Positions 1-9,299 of a stretch of DNA of 64,000 nucleotides are shown here, piece after piece. Numbering within the stretch: position 1 is the stretch's first letter; each line of letters begins with the position of its first letter. The translations under genes and the position numbers were made by a program. A model generated the notes under the pieces. That model did no database searches, had not been told where the DNA came from, and was given only the letters and a program-made list of their open reading frames with translations. The DNA lies in NCBI GenBank assembly GCA_963703345.1, contig OY969814.1, positions 96,001 through 160,000 on the forward strand, in the 5' to 3' direction. This DNA comes from an uncultured Chloroflexia bacterium. Lineage in GTDB: Bacteria > Chloroflexota > Dehalococcoidia > DSTF01 > JALHUB01.

Positions 1-667
1 ACGACAGCAGCGTGTCCAGCTTCTGGCCGTTCTGCCGCGGATCGCCCTCGGAGCCGCCGTCACCGAGGCCCCAGTAGAGGTAGCCGTCCGGTCCGAACGC
101 AAGCTGGCCGCCATTGTGATTGGCGAACGGCTGCGGCACCTCCAGGATGACGCGCTCGCTCGCCATATCCATCACGCCGCCGCTGACGTTGAAGCGCGCA
201 AGGACGCTGCGACGCGGGTTGCCGGCGCTGTAGTCGATGAAGACGCGTCCGTCGGACTGGAAGCGCGGCGAGAAGGCGAGGCCGAGCAGTCCCTCCTCGC
301 TGCCCGGGTTAGCGATTAGCAGGCTCGACACGTCGCCGAAGACAGCGGGCGGAGCGCTATTGTCCAGGGCGACCCGGTAGATGGCGCCGCCCTGCGTGAG
401 CACAACGGCCTCGTTTGGATTTCCCGGAAGCGTGGCGAAGCCGAGCATATGGTCAAAGGCGGCCTGCGAGAGCGTCGGGACGAGACGATATCCGTTCGCG
501 ACGGGGGCGTTCGCCGGCGGCAGGACGGTGGGGGTCGCGGGCGAAGACGTCGATGGCGGCGTCGATGTCTCGGTCGCCGGAGCGCTACCGGCGCCGCCAC
601 CGCTACAGGCGGACAAAAGCAGCGTCGCGCAGGCTGCCAGGGTTACAACGATTCCGGCGCTTTTCAA
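1..667 (-). CDS. PQQ-dependent glucose/sorbosone dehydrogenase family lipoprotein, 3' end outside window
   Basis: Manual minus-strand translation (not in ORF track): TTG start at 667, MKSAGIVVTLAACATLLLSAC lipobox, and QPFANHNGGQLAFGPDGYLYWGLGDGG, the GSDH motif. Confidence 0.85.
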   Translation of the reverse strand, partial: MKSAGIVVTLAACATLLLSACSGGGAGSAPATETSTPPSTSSPATPTVLPPANAPVANGYRLVPTLSQAAFDHMLGFATLPGNPNEAVVLTQGGAIYRVALDNSAPPAVFGDVSSLLIANPGSEEGLLGLAFSPRFQSDGRVFIDYSAGNPRRSVLARFNVSGGVMDMASERVILEVPQPFANHNGGQLAFGPDGYLYWGLGDGGSEGDPRQNGQKLDTLLS

Positions 668-914
668 AGGCAACTCAAAAGTCCCTTTCGGACCCGCGTG
701 GTCGGAGCGCCATCTTGCCGCCCGCGCAGTGGCGCGCGGCACAGCCGGAGATGGCCCCGCTCAAAATGAGATGCTACGCGCGCGACATGAAGAGCGCGTG
801 AAGCGGGCGACTGCAGCCGTGAAGAAGACGTGATCCGCAGCGGGCTTCCAGGAGACGATGCGGGCTGCTATGCTTCAGTCGCCAGAGGAATTTCGATGCG
901 CGGAGGTAGGACGC

Positions 915-1745
915 ATGCAAAGCGAAGGCACGTTCAAAGGCACCGGCGATATCGACCTATTCCGCCAGTGCTGGAAGCCTGACGGCAAGCCGAAGGCTGC
1001 GGTGGCAATCGTCCACGGCTTTCGCGAGCACAGCGGCCGCTATGCCCCCATGGCCGAGCACCTGACATCGCACGGGTACGCCGTCTACAGCTTCGACAAT
1101 CGCGGCCACGGGCGCTCTCCCGGGCAGCGCGGCCACATCAACGCCTGGGAGGAGTACCGCGGCGACACGGAGGCGTTCCTGGCGCTAATCCGCCGCGAGG
1201 CGCCTGATCTGCCGCTGTTCCTTCTCGGGCACAGCATGGGGGCGCTTATTGCCCTGGACTTCCTCCTGTTCCATCCGGAGAGCCTTCGCGGGGCGATTAT
1301 CAGCGGCGCGCCGCTGGAACCCATCGACGCCACAAAGCCGGTCCAGTTGGTCGTGGCGCGGGTGCTATCACGCATCCGGCCGAGGCTATCGATGACGTCG
1401 AAGTTCGGCGGCGAGGCGGTCTCCCGCGACCCGGCGGTGGTGCGAGCCTACGACACAGACCCGCTGGTTCACAATCAATCGAGCGTGCGCTGGGGGATGG
1501 AGTTCCTGGCCACCATCGACCGCGTGAAGTCGCGCGCGGCGGGGGTAAAGCTGCCGGTTCTGATGCTGCACGGCGGCGACGACCCAATCGTGTCGCCTCA
1601 TGGGTCGCGGCGCTTCTTCGAGCAGATAAGCTCGGCGGACAAGGAGCTGAAGGTCTATCCGGAGCGCTTCCACGAGCCGCACAACGATATCGGGCGGGAG
1701 CAGGTGCTATCGGACATCGCGAGCTGGCTCGACGGGCATCTGTGA
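915..1745 (+). CDS. alpha/beta hydrolase, monoacylglycerol lipase/lysophospholipase family
   Basis: HGFREHSGRY, RGHGRS, GHSMG nucleophile elbow, C-terminal HE; GGAGG RBS before ATG 915. Confidence 0.9.
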   Translation: MQSEGTFKGTGDIDLFRQCWKPDGKPKAAVAIVHGFREHSGRYAPMAEHLTSHGYAVYSFDNRGHGRSPGQRGHINAWEEYRGDTEAFLALIRREAPDLPLFLLGHSMGALIALDFLLFHPESLRGAIISGAPLEPIDATKPVQLVVARVLSRIRPRLSMTSKFGGEAVSRDPAVVRAYDTDPLVHNQSSVRWGMEFLATIDRVKSRAAGVKLPVLMLHGGDDPIVSPHGSRRFFEQISSADKELKVYPERFHEPHNDIGREQVLSDIASWLDGHL

Positions 1746-1767
1746 ATCGATGCAGCGGAAGCGGCCG

Positions 1768-2553
1768 TCACAGGCCGTTGGAAGAGGTCGTTCCTATTGC
1801 GACGAGCGAGATGTCGCCAAATAGCTCCTCTTGCTGCCCCCAGACGCGACCCGCCTTGATCAGCTCCAGCACGGCCAGAAAGGAGACGATGACTTCGACG
1901 CGGGAACGGCAGGCCAGCACCAACCGCCGGAAGCTCACCTGGCCGGTCTCGTGCAGTGCCGTCTCTATCTCCCGCACCTTCTCCTTCACCGAGACAATGT
2001 CGCGGGGGATGGCGGCGACGGGCTCGGAGGGCTGACGGGTCATGGCGTCGCGGAAGAGCGCCATTAGCTTGTCGAGCGTCACTTTGTCGAGGCCGGAGGG
2101 AAGCGGAACGTCCGGCGGCGGCGCGTTGCGTCGGTAGGCGCGCAGCCCTTCGTCTTCGATCTCGCGCAGCGCCAGCGCGACGTCCTTGAAGCGCTTGTAC
2201 TCCCTCAGCATCTCCGTCAGCTCACGACCGACGGCCTCCTCCTCCGCTTGCTCCGCCTCAGTCGGCGGACGCGGCAGGAGGGCGCGCGACTTGAGGTAGA
2301 TGAGCTTGGCGCCGATGGAGACGAAATCGGAAAGGGCGTCGAGGTTGATCTGCTCCCAGGAGTGTAGTTGCGCCAGGTACTGGTCGGTGACCTGGACGAG
2401 AGAGATGGTTGTTATGTCAAGCTCGTCCTTCTCGATCAGATGGAGGAGGAGATCGAGAGGGCCTTCGAAGTAGGGCAGCTTGAGCTCATACATGGCGGTG
2501 AGGGCCCCGGGCGATTCCGCACGCGAGGCCCCCATTCTCCTGGATTGCTCCAT
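1768..2553 (-). CDS. scpA: segregation/condensation protein A (kleisin)
   Basis: FEGPLDLLLHLI, KSRALLP, FLAVLELIK; start at 2553 (TAATG overlap with aroF stop) or 2493. Confidence 0.9.
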   Translation of the reverse strand: MEQSRRMGASRAESPGALTAMYELKLPYFEGPLDLLLHLIEKDELDITTISLVQVTDQYLAQLHSWEQINLDALSDFVSIGAKLIYLKSRALLPRPPTEAEQAEEEAVGRELTEMLREYKRFKDVALALREIEDEGLRAYRRNAPPPDVPLPSGLDKVTLDKLMALFRDAMTRQPSEPVAAIPRDIVSVKEKVREIETALHETGQVSFRRLVLACRSRVEVIVSFLAVLELIKAGRVWGQQEELFGDISLVAIGTTSSNGL

Positions 2554-3575
2554 TAGACGCGAGCAAGCGGCCGCCGCACCGCCTCGCTCAACGCCCGCAC
2601 GCCGTCCATCAAATGGGCGAAGTTGGCGAACGTCAGGCTCTGGGCGCCGTCGGAGAGGGCGCGGTCCGGATCGGGGTGGATCTCGATCATCAGGCCGTCC
2701 GCGCCGGCGGCGACCGACGCCAGGGACATCGGCTCCACCAGATACCAGCGACCCGTCCCGTGGCTCGGGTCGGCGATGACCGGCAGGTGGCTGAGTCGCT
2801 TCGCCAGCGGTATCGCGGCGACGTCGAGGGTGAACCGCGTGCCGGTCTCGAAGGTGCGGATCCCGCGTTCGCAAAGGATCACCTGCTGGTTGCCGCGCGC
2901 GAGGACGTACTCGGCGCAGAGCAGCCACTCCTCGACGGAGCAGGCCATGCCGCGCTTCAGCAGAACCGGCTTGTCGCAGTTGCCCACCTCGTCGAGAAGG
3001 TAGTAGTTCTGGGCGTTGCGGGTGCCGATCTGAAGGAGGTCGACGTGCTCGGCGACGATCTCGACGTCGCGGGGGTCCATGACTTCGCTGACCGTCGGCA
3101 AGCCGACCGCCGCGCCGGCTTCGGCCAGGATGCGCAGCCCTTCGTCGACGAGGCCGCGGAAGGCATGCGGGCTGCTGCGCGGCTTGAAAGCGCCGCCGCG
3201 AAGGAGGTGCCCGCCGGCCGCTTTCACCGCCCGCGCCGTCTCCAGCATCTGCTCCGGCGTATCGACCGAGCACTGGCCGGCGATGACGACGGTTGAGCCG
3301 CCGCCTATTTCGACGTTGCCGACTTTCACGATGGTGTCGTTCGGCTTCAGCTCGCGGCTTGCCAGCTTGTACGGCTTGGAGATGGGAACGGTCTCGTCGA
3401 CGCCGGGGAAGGCACGCAGCTCGTCCGCCAACTCCGGGTAGATGTGACCGATAACGCCGATAACGGTCCGCTCGACGCCTACACTCGTATGGGCGGAAAG
3501 TCCCCCCTCCTGCAGGTGGTCGAGCACCGCCCGCAGTTCCTCTTGGCTATGCTCTTTTTTCATTACGACCATCAT
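2553..3575 (-). CDS. aroF: DAHP synthase type I-beta with N-terminal ACT-like domain
   Basis: GGAFKPRSS, LLKRG, CERGIRTFE, DPSHGTG, SDGAQSL. Confidence 0.95.
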   Translation of the reverse strand: MMVVMKKEHSQEELRAVLDHLQEGGLSAHTSVGVERTVIGVIGHIYPELADELRAFPGVDETVPISKPYKLASRELKPNDTIVKVGNVEIGGGSTVVIAGQCSVDTPEQMLETARAVKAAGGHLLRGGAFKPRSSPHAFRGLVDEGLRILAEAGAAVGLPTVSEVMDPRDVEIVAEHVDLLQIGTRNAQNYYLLDEVGNCDKPVLLKRGMACSVEEWLLCAEYVLARGNQQVILCERGIRTFETGTRFTLDVAAIPLAKRLSHLPVIADPSHGTGRWYLVEPMSLASVAAGADGLMIEIHPDPDRALSDGAQSLTFANFAHLMDGVRALSEAVRRPLARV

Positions 3576-3594
3576 TACTTCTTTGCTCCCTGCC

Positions 3595-3969
3595 TCATCC
3601 TTGCGGATTGTACTCTCTGTCGGGCCGGAGAACGCGGGCGCCTTTGAGATATATGTGGACGATCTCGTCGGCGCGCTTCTCCGTGTTGATGAGGAGGAGG
3701 ATGCGCAGGCACCGTTCGAGACTGCCTGGTACTGCGACTTCGTTGGCGCAGATTAGCGGCGCATCCTTCCAGCCCATCTCGCGGGCGGCCCTGGCGGGGA
3801 ACTCGGCGTCGAGGTCGCTTGTGGTGGTGAAGAGCGCTGCCGCGACGTCTTCGGGGTGAACGTCGTTCGCTGCGACCATCTCTTCGAGGAGCTCACGGCC
3901 GGCTGCCAGGATGTCGTGCGTGGTGTTGCTATCTACGGTGATAGCGCCTCGGATACCTCTGCAGAGCAC
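3595..3969 (-). CDS. aroH: chorismate mutase, AroH class
   Basis: CRGIRGAITV, FPARAAR, YLKGARVLRPD; GTG at 3969 fits family length. Confidence 0.93.
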   Translation of the reverse strand: MLCRGIRGAITVDSNTTHDILAAGRELLEEMVAANDVHPEDVAAALFTTTSDLDAEFPARAAREMGWKDAPLICANEVAVPGSLERCLRILLLINTEKRADEIVHIYLKGARVLRPDREYNPQG

Positions 3970-4319
3970 GCGGCTACCAGCTCTCGAACACGCCGGCTGT
4001 TCCCGTTCAAGGGGGCCCTGCGTGAAGCGGACCAAACAGGCCGGCCAGGAAGGCATACGGGCGGCTACGACGGCGAGCGCGGCCTTCCGCCTCAACGCGG
4101 TTCGTCGTAGCCTTTGACCTTGTTCCTCCCATGGCCGGTGAGCACCTCGTGGTATGGTTTTGCGCTCTTCGCCTGATTATCGGATTGCCTCTCCGCGATC
4201 CGGAGCATTCCGCCACACGCAGACAGCAACGCCTGACGGCAGCGGAAGCCGTCACGATGGTGCTATCCTACCACAACTTCACCCGCCTGCACAGCCCCCG
4301 CGAGATCGGCTCGAGAAGC

Positions 4320-5081
4320 CTAACGGTTGGCGAGGGTGGCGATGAAGCTGATGAGGTTGAAGATGAAGTGGGCGGATATCGTCGTCCACAGGGAGCCGGT
4401 ATAGGCGTAGCCAGCGGCGAAGAGCATTCCGACGAGCGTGAATGGAATGAGCGTCGTCGGCTGACCGTGAGCGAGGGAGAAGAGGAAGCCGCTGATCAGC
4501 GCCGCCGTGAAGAAGCTGAAGCGCCTGGACAAGCCGCCGAAGAGAAAACCGCGGAAGAACGTCTCTTCGACCAGCGGCGCCATCAGCAGCGCCAGGACGC
4601 CGGCCAGTACGACGAAGGTCGTCTGATCGAGGATGTCCTGGTTCAGATTGCTCTTCGGCAGGAAGTTGCTGCCGCCGATAGCCTGGGCGACGACGGCGTA
4701 GACTTCAACACTCAGGAACGCGCCGACGACGACGGCCAGCGGCACCCAGGCCAGGTTGAGCGGAAGCGGTCGAAAGCCAATGGAGCGCAGGTTTGCCCGC
4801 TTGCCGCCAACGGTCAGCGCCAGCGCGATGACGAGCAGCGTCAGCTCGAACGGCAGGCTGGCGGCCAGGGCCACCTGCTGCGCGTGCTTCGAATCAGTGA
4901 CGTCGATGCCCAGGATGGCGGCAACAACGACGGCGATCGTCGGTATGAAGAGAACGGCCGCGGCACCCAGCGCGAGGCCGATGAGGACTTCTCGCGGCCC
5001 CCAGACCACTTCCGAACGCCAATCGTCCAGCGACAGTTGCTGACGCTCCGGCTGCGGCTGCGGCTCCAGGTCGCTTGTCAT
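4320..5081 (-). CDS. CPBP (CAAX/Abi) intramembrane glutamic protease
   Basis: EETFFRG, FSLAH and HFIFN motifs; multiple TM helices. Confidence 0.9.
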   Translation of the reverse strand: MTSDLEPQPQPERQQLSLDDWRSEVVWGPREVLIGLALGAAAVLFIPTIAVVVAAILGIDVTDSKHAQQVALAASLPFELTLLVIALALTVGGKRANLRSIGFRPLPLNLAWVPLAVVVGAFLSVEVYAVVAQAIGGSNFLPKSNLNQDILDQTTFVVLAGVLALLMAPLVEETFFRGFLFGGLSRRFSFFTAALISGFLFSLAHGQPTTLIPFTLVGMLFAAGYAYTGSLWTTISAHFIFNLISFIATLANR

Positions 5082-5197
5082 CGACGACAGTCCTCTTCAA
5101 GAAAGGGCGCCCTCAGGGGCGATGTCTCATTATCGGCGACGAACGGGCGCGGGAGCAATGATGGACGCGCGCAATACCGGGCGCTGACGCACTTTCG

Positions 5198-6049
5198 CTA
5201 GACCATAAGCTCGCGCGCTTGGCGCTTTACGTCGCGCGCAGTGATCAGCTCCTCGCCGGCAAGGATCGCTTGAACGCCGCAGTCCGCCACGCGCTCGGTG
5301 TCCGCTCGCTCGCCGAAGCCGTGCTCGCTGATGACGACAACGCCCTCAGGGATGAGCGGTCGCAACCGCTCCGTCGTCGTGAGGTCGGACGTTTGCGTCT
5401 CGTAGTCCAGGTTCTCGATGCCGATCATGACGGCGCCGGCATCCAGCGCCCGCTGGACCTCAACTTCGTTGCGAACTTCCAGCAGGCATTCCAGATCGAG
5501 CTCCGCTGCCAGCGTCATGAGCTCGCGCAGCTCGCGGTCGGAGAGGATGGCGGGCAGCAGCGCGATGGCGTCGGCGCCGAAAGCACGCGATTCCCATATG
5601 TGGTAGGGGTCGAAGAGGAAGTCGCGGCGGAGGATGGCGGGACGGCCGCCGGGATAGTAGCCGTCGAGGATGTTGCGCGTCTGGAGCAGGTGGTCGATGT
5701 GCCCCATATAGTGCTTTGCCTCGGTGACGACCGCAACCGCGGTGACGCCGCTGTGCGTGTAAGCGCGGGGGAGGCCCTGGCGCTCCAAGTCGTTGACCAG
5801 CCGTCCGCGACCGGGCACGGCCTTCTTGACCTCGGCGATGAGCTGGACGCGTTTGCCACCGTTCAACGGACCGCGCGGCCCTTCCAGGATTGCCCGCATG
5901 AGACTCCACTGCTCCGCGCGGCCCTCCTTCTGGTCCGTGAGCTGCTTTATCCGTCGCTTGAGAGAGTCGAGCGGCTCCTTCTGCTGTCGATTGGACAGCT
6001 CTTCGCGCTTGGCGGCGACGACGGCTTCGAGGAACGATTGACCGGTCAT
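5198..6049 (-). CDS. trpC: indole-3-glycerol phosphate synthase-like protein with altered active site
   Basis: IAEVKK, LRRDF, GADAI, LLEV, GIENLD, SEHG align to IGPS motifs, but several catalytic residues differ. Confidence 0.75.
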   Translation of the reverse strand: MTGQSFLEAVVAAKREELSNRQQKEPLDSLKRRIKQLTDQKEGRAEQWSLMRAILEGPRGPLNGGKRVQLIAEVKKAVPGRGRLVNDLERQGLPRAYTHSGVTAVAVVTEAKHYMGHIDHLLQTRNILDGYYPGGRPAILRRDFLFDPYHIWESRAFGADAIALLPAILSDRELRELMTLAAELDLECLLEVRNEVEVQRALDAGAVMIGIENLDYETQTSDLTTTERLRPLIPEGVVVISEHGFGERADTERVADCGVQAILAGEELITARDVKRQARELMV

Positions 6050-6250
6050 AGCGCTCTCAGTATGCGGGTGAAGGCTGCTTCTGGTCGAGGCGGCGCTAGA
6101 GGTCGTATGTGTCTTCGGAGCGGCGGCGAATGCTCGGTACCACGATGAGCTGGATCGCGTCCGATACAGTGTGGAGCGGCCGGCAACTGCCGATGCGGAG
6201 TCTCCAGGTAAGCCAATTGGCAGGGCGTCAATCGGCGAACGGGAGAGGTT

Positions 6251-7540
6251 CTAAAGGATGGGCTTGACGATGATCGCCTGCTCGCGCTCCGGGCCAACGG
6301 AGACCAGCGCCACCGGCACGCCGATTAGCTGCTCCAATCGTTTCACGTAGTCGCGCGCATGCCGCGGCAAGTCCTCGAAGCGACGGACGTGCGTTGTCGG
6401 CTCCTGCCAGCCCGGTAGCTCCTCGAAGATGGGCTCGCAGCAGGCAAGGCGCCCAAGGCTGGCCGGGAAGCGGTCGACGGGCACGCCGTCGATCTGGTAG
6501 GCGGTGCAGACCTTCACGCTGGCGAACGTGTCCAGCACGTCGAGGCGGGTGATCACGGCGCCGGAAAGGCCGTTCAGGCGCGCGGTGTAGCGGGCGGCGA
6601 CGGCGTCGAACCAGCCGCAGCGACGCGGACGGCCCGTGGTGGCGCCGTACTCCTGTCCCTTCTCGCGCAGCTCATCGCCAAGACCGCCCTTCAACTCCGT
6701 CGGCATAGGGCCGTTGCCAACGCGCGTTTGATACGCCTTGTAAACGGCGACCACGCGCGTGATCTGCGTCGGGCCGATGCCGATGCCCAGGCCGGCGCCG
6801 GCGGCCGTCGACGAGGGAACGGACGAGGTGACGTACTCGTAAGTGCCAGAGTCGAGGTCGAGCAGCGAGCCCTGCGCGCCCTCCAGGAGGATCGATTCGC
6901 CGCGCGCCAGCGCCTCCTGGACCATGTCGGCGGTATCGGCGACGAACGGGGCAAGGCGGCGGCCGTAGTCGCGGTACGGCTCGTAGACTTCGTCGAATGT
7001 AAGCGGCGGGAGGCCGTACAGCTTCTGCAGCACGGCGTTCTTGTAGGGGAGCACCAGCGACAGGCGCTCGCGGAAGGCGTCGGGATTGATGAGATCGACC
7101 ATACGGACACCGATGCGGCCGACTTTGTCGACAAACGCCGGTCCGACGCCGCGGAAAGTGGTGCCGATTGCCGCCGCGCCGCGCAGTTCCTCGTCCGCGC
7201 GGTCGATGAGGACGTGATAGGGCATGATGATGTGGCAGCGATTGCTGACGTAAAGGTTCTTGACGCTGACGCCCTTCGACTGGAGCCCTTCGATCTCCTC
7301 CAGCAGGACCGCCGGGTCGATGACGACGCCGTTGCCGATGAGGCAGGCCTTGTCGCCGTAGAAGATGCCGGCGGGCACCAGGTGGAGGCGGAATGTGCCC
7401 ATGTCGTTGACGACCGTGTGTCCGGCGTTGTTCCCGGCCGAGTAGCGGGCAACGATGGAGGCGTTCTGGGCGAGGAGGTCGATAGTCCTGCCCTTGCCTT
7501 CGTCGCCCCACTGGCCGCCGATGACTACTATTACCGGCAT
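6251..7540 (-). CDS. purA: adenylosuccinate synthetase
   Basis: GGQWGDEGKG, NAGHT, EGAQG, TTGRPRRCGWFD. Confidence 0.97.
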   Translation of the reverse strand: MPVIVVIGGQWGDEGKGRTIDLLAQNASIVARYSAGNNAGHTVVNDMGTFRLHLVPAGIFYGDKACLIGNGVVIDPAVLLEEIEGLQSKGVSVKNLYVSNRCHIIMPYHVLIDRADEELRGAAAIGTTFRGVGPAFVDKVGRIGVRMVDLINPDAFRERLSLVLPYKNAVLQKLYGLPPLTFDEVYEPYRDYGRRLAPFVADTADMVQEALARGESILLEGAQGSLLDLDSGTYEYVTSSVPSSTAAGAGLGIGIGPTQITRVVAVYKAYQTRVGNGPMPTELKGGLGDELREKGQEYGATTGRPRRCGWFDAVAARYTARLNGLSGAVITRLDVLDTFASVKVCTAYQIDGVPVDRFPASLGRLACCEPIFEELPGWQEPTTHVRRFEDLPRHARDYVKRLEQLIGVPVALVSVGPEREQAIIVKPIL

Positions 7541-7604
7541 GAATTTACCCCGATGGGATCGGGGCACACCTCCTTCCTCGCATACGGGATCCGAGCCGCC
7601 GCAG

Positions 7605-7633
7605 AGTATAGCAGAGAGAGCGATCCAATGGAA
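7605..7633 (-). promoter_or_regulatory. putative sigma70 promoter of purA
   Basis: TTCCAT-N17-TATACT with TG extended -10. Confidence 0.55.
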
Positions 7634-7683
7634 GGGCGCTCTCGCGTCGCCTTCCAGGCCGACCGGTCTTGCCCGACACGACC

Positions 7684-7712
7684 TTGCGCCCGCGTTGCGG
7701 CCGTACTATGAT
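7684..7712 (+). promoter_or_regulatory. putative sigma70 promoter of purF-purM-purH
   Basis: TTGCGC-N17-TATGAT. Confidence 0.6.
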
Positions 7713-7782
7713 CTTACTGTCGGTTTCACGGGGACCCGCTTGAGGCGGACAAGGTGTGGCTGCCCAAGGGCAGGAGGTTTGT

Positions 7783-9240
7783 TTGACCAGTCCCCGCGAG
7801 TATTGCGGCGTCTTTGGGGTTTACGCTTCCGGTGAAGATGCCGCAAGGGTGACCTTCTACGGCCTATACGCGCTCCAGCACAGAGGTCAGGAGAGCGCGG
7901 GAATCGTCACAGCCGACGGCCACGAGCTCCACAACCGCGTCGGCATGGGCCTTGTCTCCCAGGTTTTCGACGAAGAGGACCTTGCTCACCTGCGCGGCAA
8001 CCTGGCAATAGGCCACACCCGCTACTCCACTACCGGCTCCAGCCAGCCAAAGAACGCTCAGCCTTTCCGCGTCTCGGGACCGAACGGCGAGATAGCCCTC
8101 GGCCACAACGGCAACCTGGTCAACGCCGAGATGCTGCGGATCGACCTCGAAGAGGAGGGCCACGAGTTTCGCACGGCGACCGATTCTGAGGTGATGGCGC
8201 GAATTCTCGCCTTCGCGCCGGGGAACTCCTGGCCCCAGCGCTTCGCCCACATGATGCGACGCGTGCAGGGCGCGTATTGCGTGGTCGTCCTCACGCCCGA
8301 GGCCCTCTTCGCCGCGCGCGACCCCCTGGGTGTGCGTCCGCTCTGCCTGGGGCGGCTGAACGGCGGCTGGGTGGTCGCCTCCGAGAGTTGCGCCTTCGAT
8401 CACCTGGGCGCCACGTTCCTGCGCGAGGTCGAGCCGGGCGAAGTCATCCAGATCAACGGCCGCGGCGTTCGCAGCTTCCGGCCGCTGGAGAGCAACCGAA
8501 GCGCCTTCTGCGTGTTCGAGTACATCTATTTCGCCCGCCCCGATAGCGTGATTCGCGGCAAGCTGCTCTACCCGGTGCGCATGGCCATGGGGGCCCGCCT
8601 GGCGCGCGAGTACCCGGTGGACGCCGACGTCGTGATGGGCGTGCCGGACTCCGCCATCGCAGCCGCTATCGGCTACTCACAGGAGTCGGGCATACCGTTC
8701 GTCGAGGGGCTGGTCAAGAACCGCTACGTCGGCCGGACGTTCATCATGCCCGACCAGCGCATCCGCGAGGTCGGCGTGCAGCTCAAGTTCAACCCGCTGC
8801 CGGAGATACTGGGCGGAAAGCGGGTCATCGTCGTCGATGACAGTATCGTTCGAGGGACGACGACGCCGCGCGTGGTCGAGATGCTGCGGCACGCCGGCGC
8901 CCGCGAGGTGCACATGCGAATCACGGCGCCACCGATCACGCATCCCTGCTTCTTCGGCGTGGACATGGCGGCCCGCTGGGAGCTGATCGCCGCAAAGAAG
9001 ACGGTGCCCGAGATACGCGAGCACATCGCCGCCGACAGTCTGGGCTATCTGAGCCTGGAAGGCCTCGTCGAGTCGATAGGCCTGCCGCAGGACACGTTCT
9101 GCCTGGCCTGCTTCACGGGCGAGTACCCGCTGCCGGTGCCTTTGCAGATGGACAAGCTTGCGCTGGAAGCCCCGGCGACCGCCCGCGACCGGCACGACTT
9201 CGAGTGGGTGGAGAGCGCGCCGGTCCCATTCTCTAGCTGA
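7783..9240 (+). CDS. purF: amidophosphoribosyltransferase
   Basis: Short propeptide then CGVFG, LQHRGQESAG, GHTRYST, VDDSIVRGTT, Fe-S cysteines; AGGAGG before TTG 7783. Confidence 0.97.
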   Translation: MTSPREYCGVFGVYASGEDAARVTFYGLYALQHRGQESAGIVTADGHELHNRVGMGLVSQVFDEEDLAHLRGNLAIGHTRYSTTGSSQPKNAQPFRVSGPNGEIALGHNGNLVNAEMLRIDLEEEGHEFRTATDSEVMARILAFAPGNSWPQRFAHMMRRVQGAYCVVVLTPEALFAARDPLGVRPLCLGRLNGGWVVASESCAFDHLGATFLREVEPGEVIQINGRGVRSFRPLESNRSAFCVFEYIYFARPDSVIRGKLLYPVRMAMGARLAREYPVDADVVMGVPDSAIAAAIGYSQESGIPFVEGLVKNRYVGRTFIMPDQRIREVGVQLKFNPLPEILGGKRVIVVDDSIVRGTTTPRVVEMLRHAGAREVHMRITAPPITHPCFFGVDMAARWELIAAKKTVPEIREHIAADSLGYLSLEGLVESIGLPQDTFCLACFTGEYPLPVPLQMDKLALEAPATARDRHDFEWVESAPVPFSS

Positions 9241-9299
9241 CCTCCGGGCGCGTCTGCGTCGAACGCGGAGCACGATTTGCCCGGCTCCAAAGGACTTCC

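Noticed and set aside
2554-3273. Arg/Pro-rich N-terminal part of the 501-aa ORF containing scpA
   Set aside because: Alternative-frame shadow of aroF; ScpA homology starts near 2493
4040-4140. Resemblance of the long hairpin (GAACC...GGAA loop) to SRP RNA
   Set aside because: Lacks the conserved CAGG/AGCA symmetric loop; kept only as an unassigned structure
4155-4200. GGAGAG...CGAAG...GCAA resembling a glycine riboswitch (minus strand)
   Set aside because: No CTCAGG 3' element and no consistent P1 stem
6113-6147. T-box antiterminator-like TCG-TGGTACC-GAGC...GCTC-CGA upstream of the trpC-like gene (minus strand)
   Set aside because: Flanking helix is only 3 bp; no Stem I, specifier loop or terminator found; plausible by chance
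7713-7782. Short hairpins in the purF leader as a purine or ZTP riboswitch
   Set aside because: Leader is about 65 nt and lacks the conserved aptamer motifs
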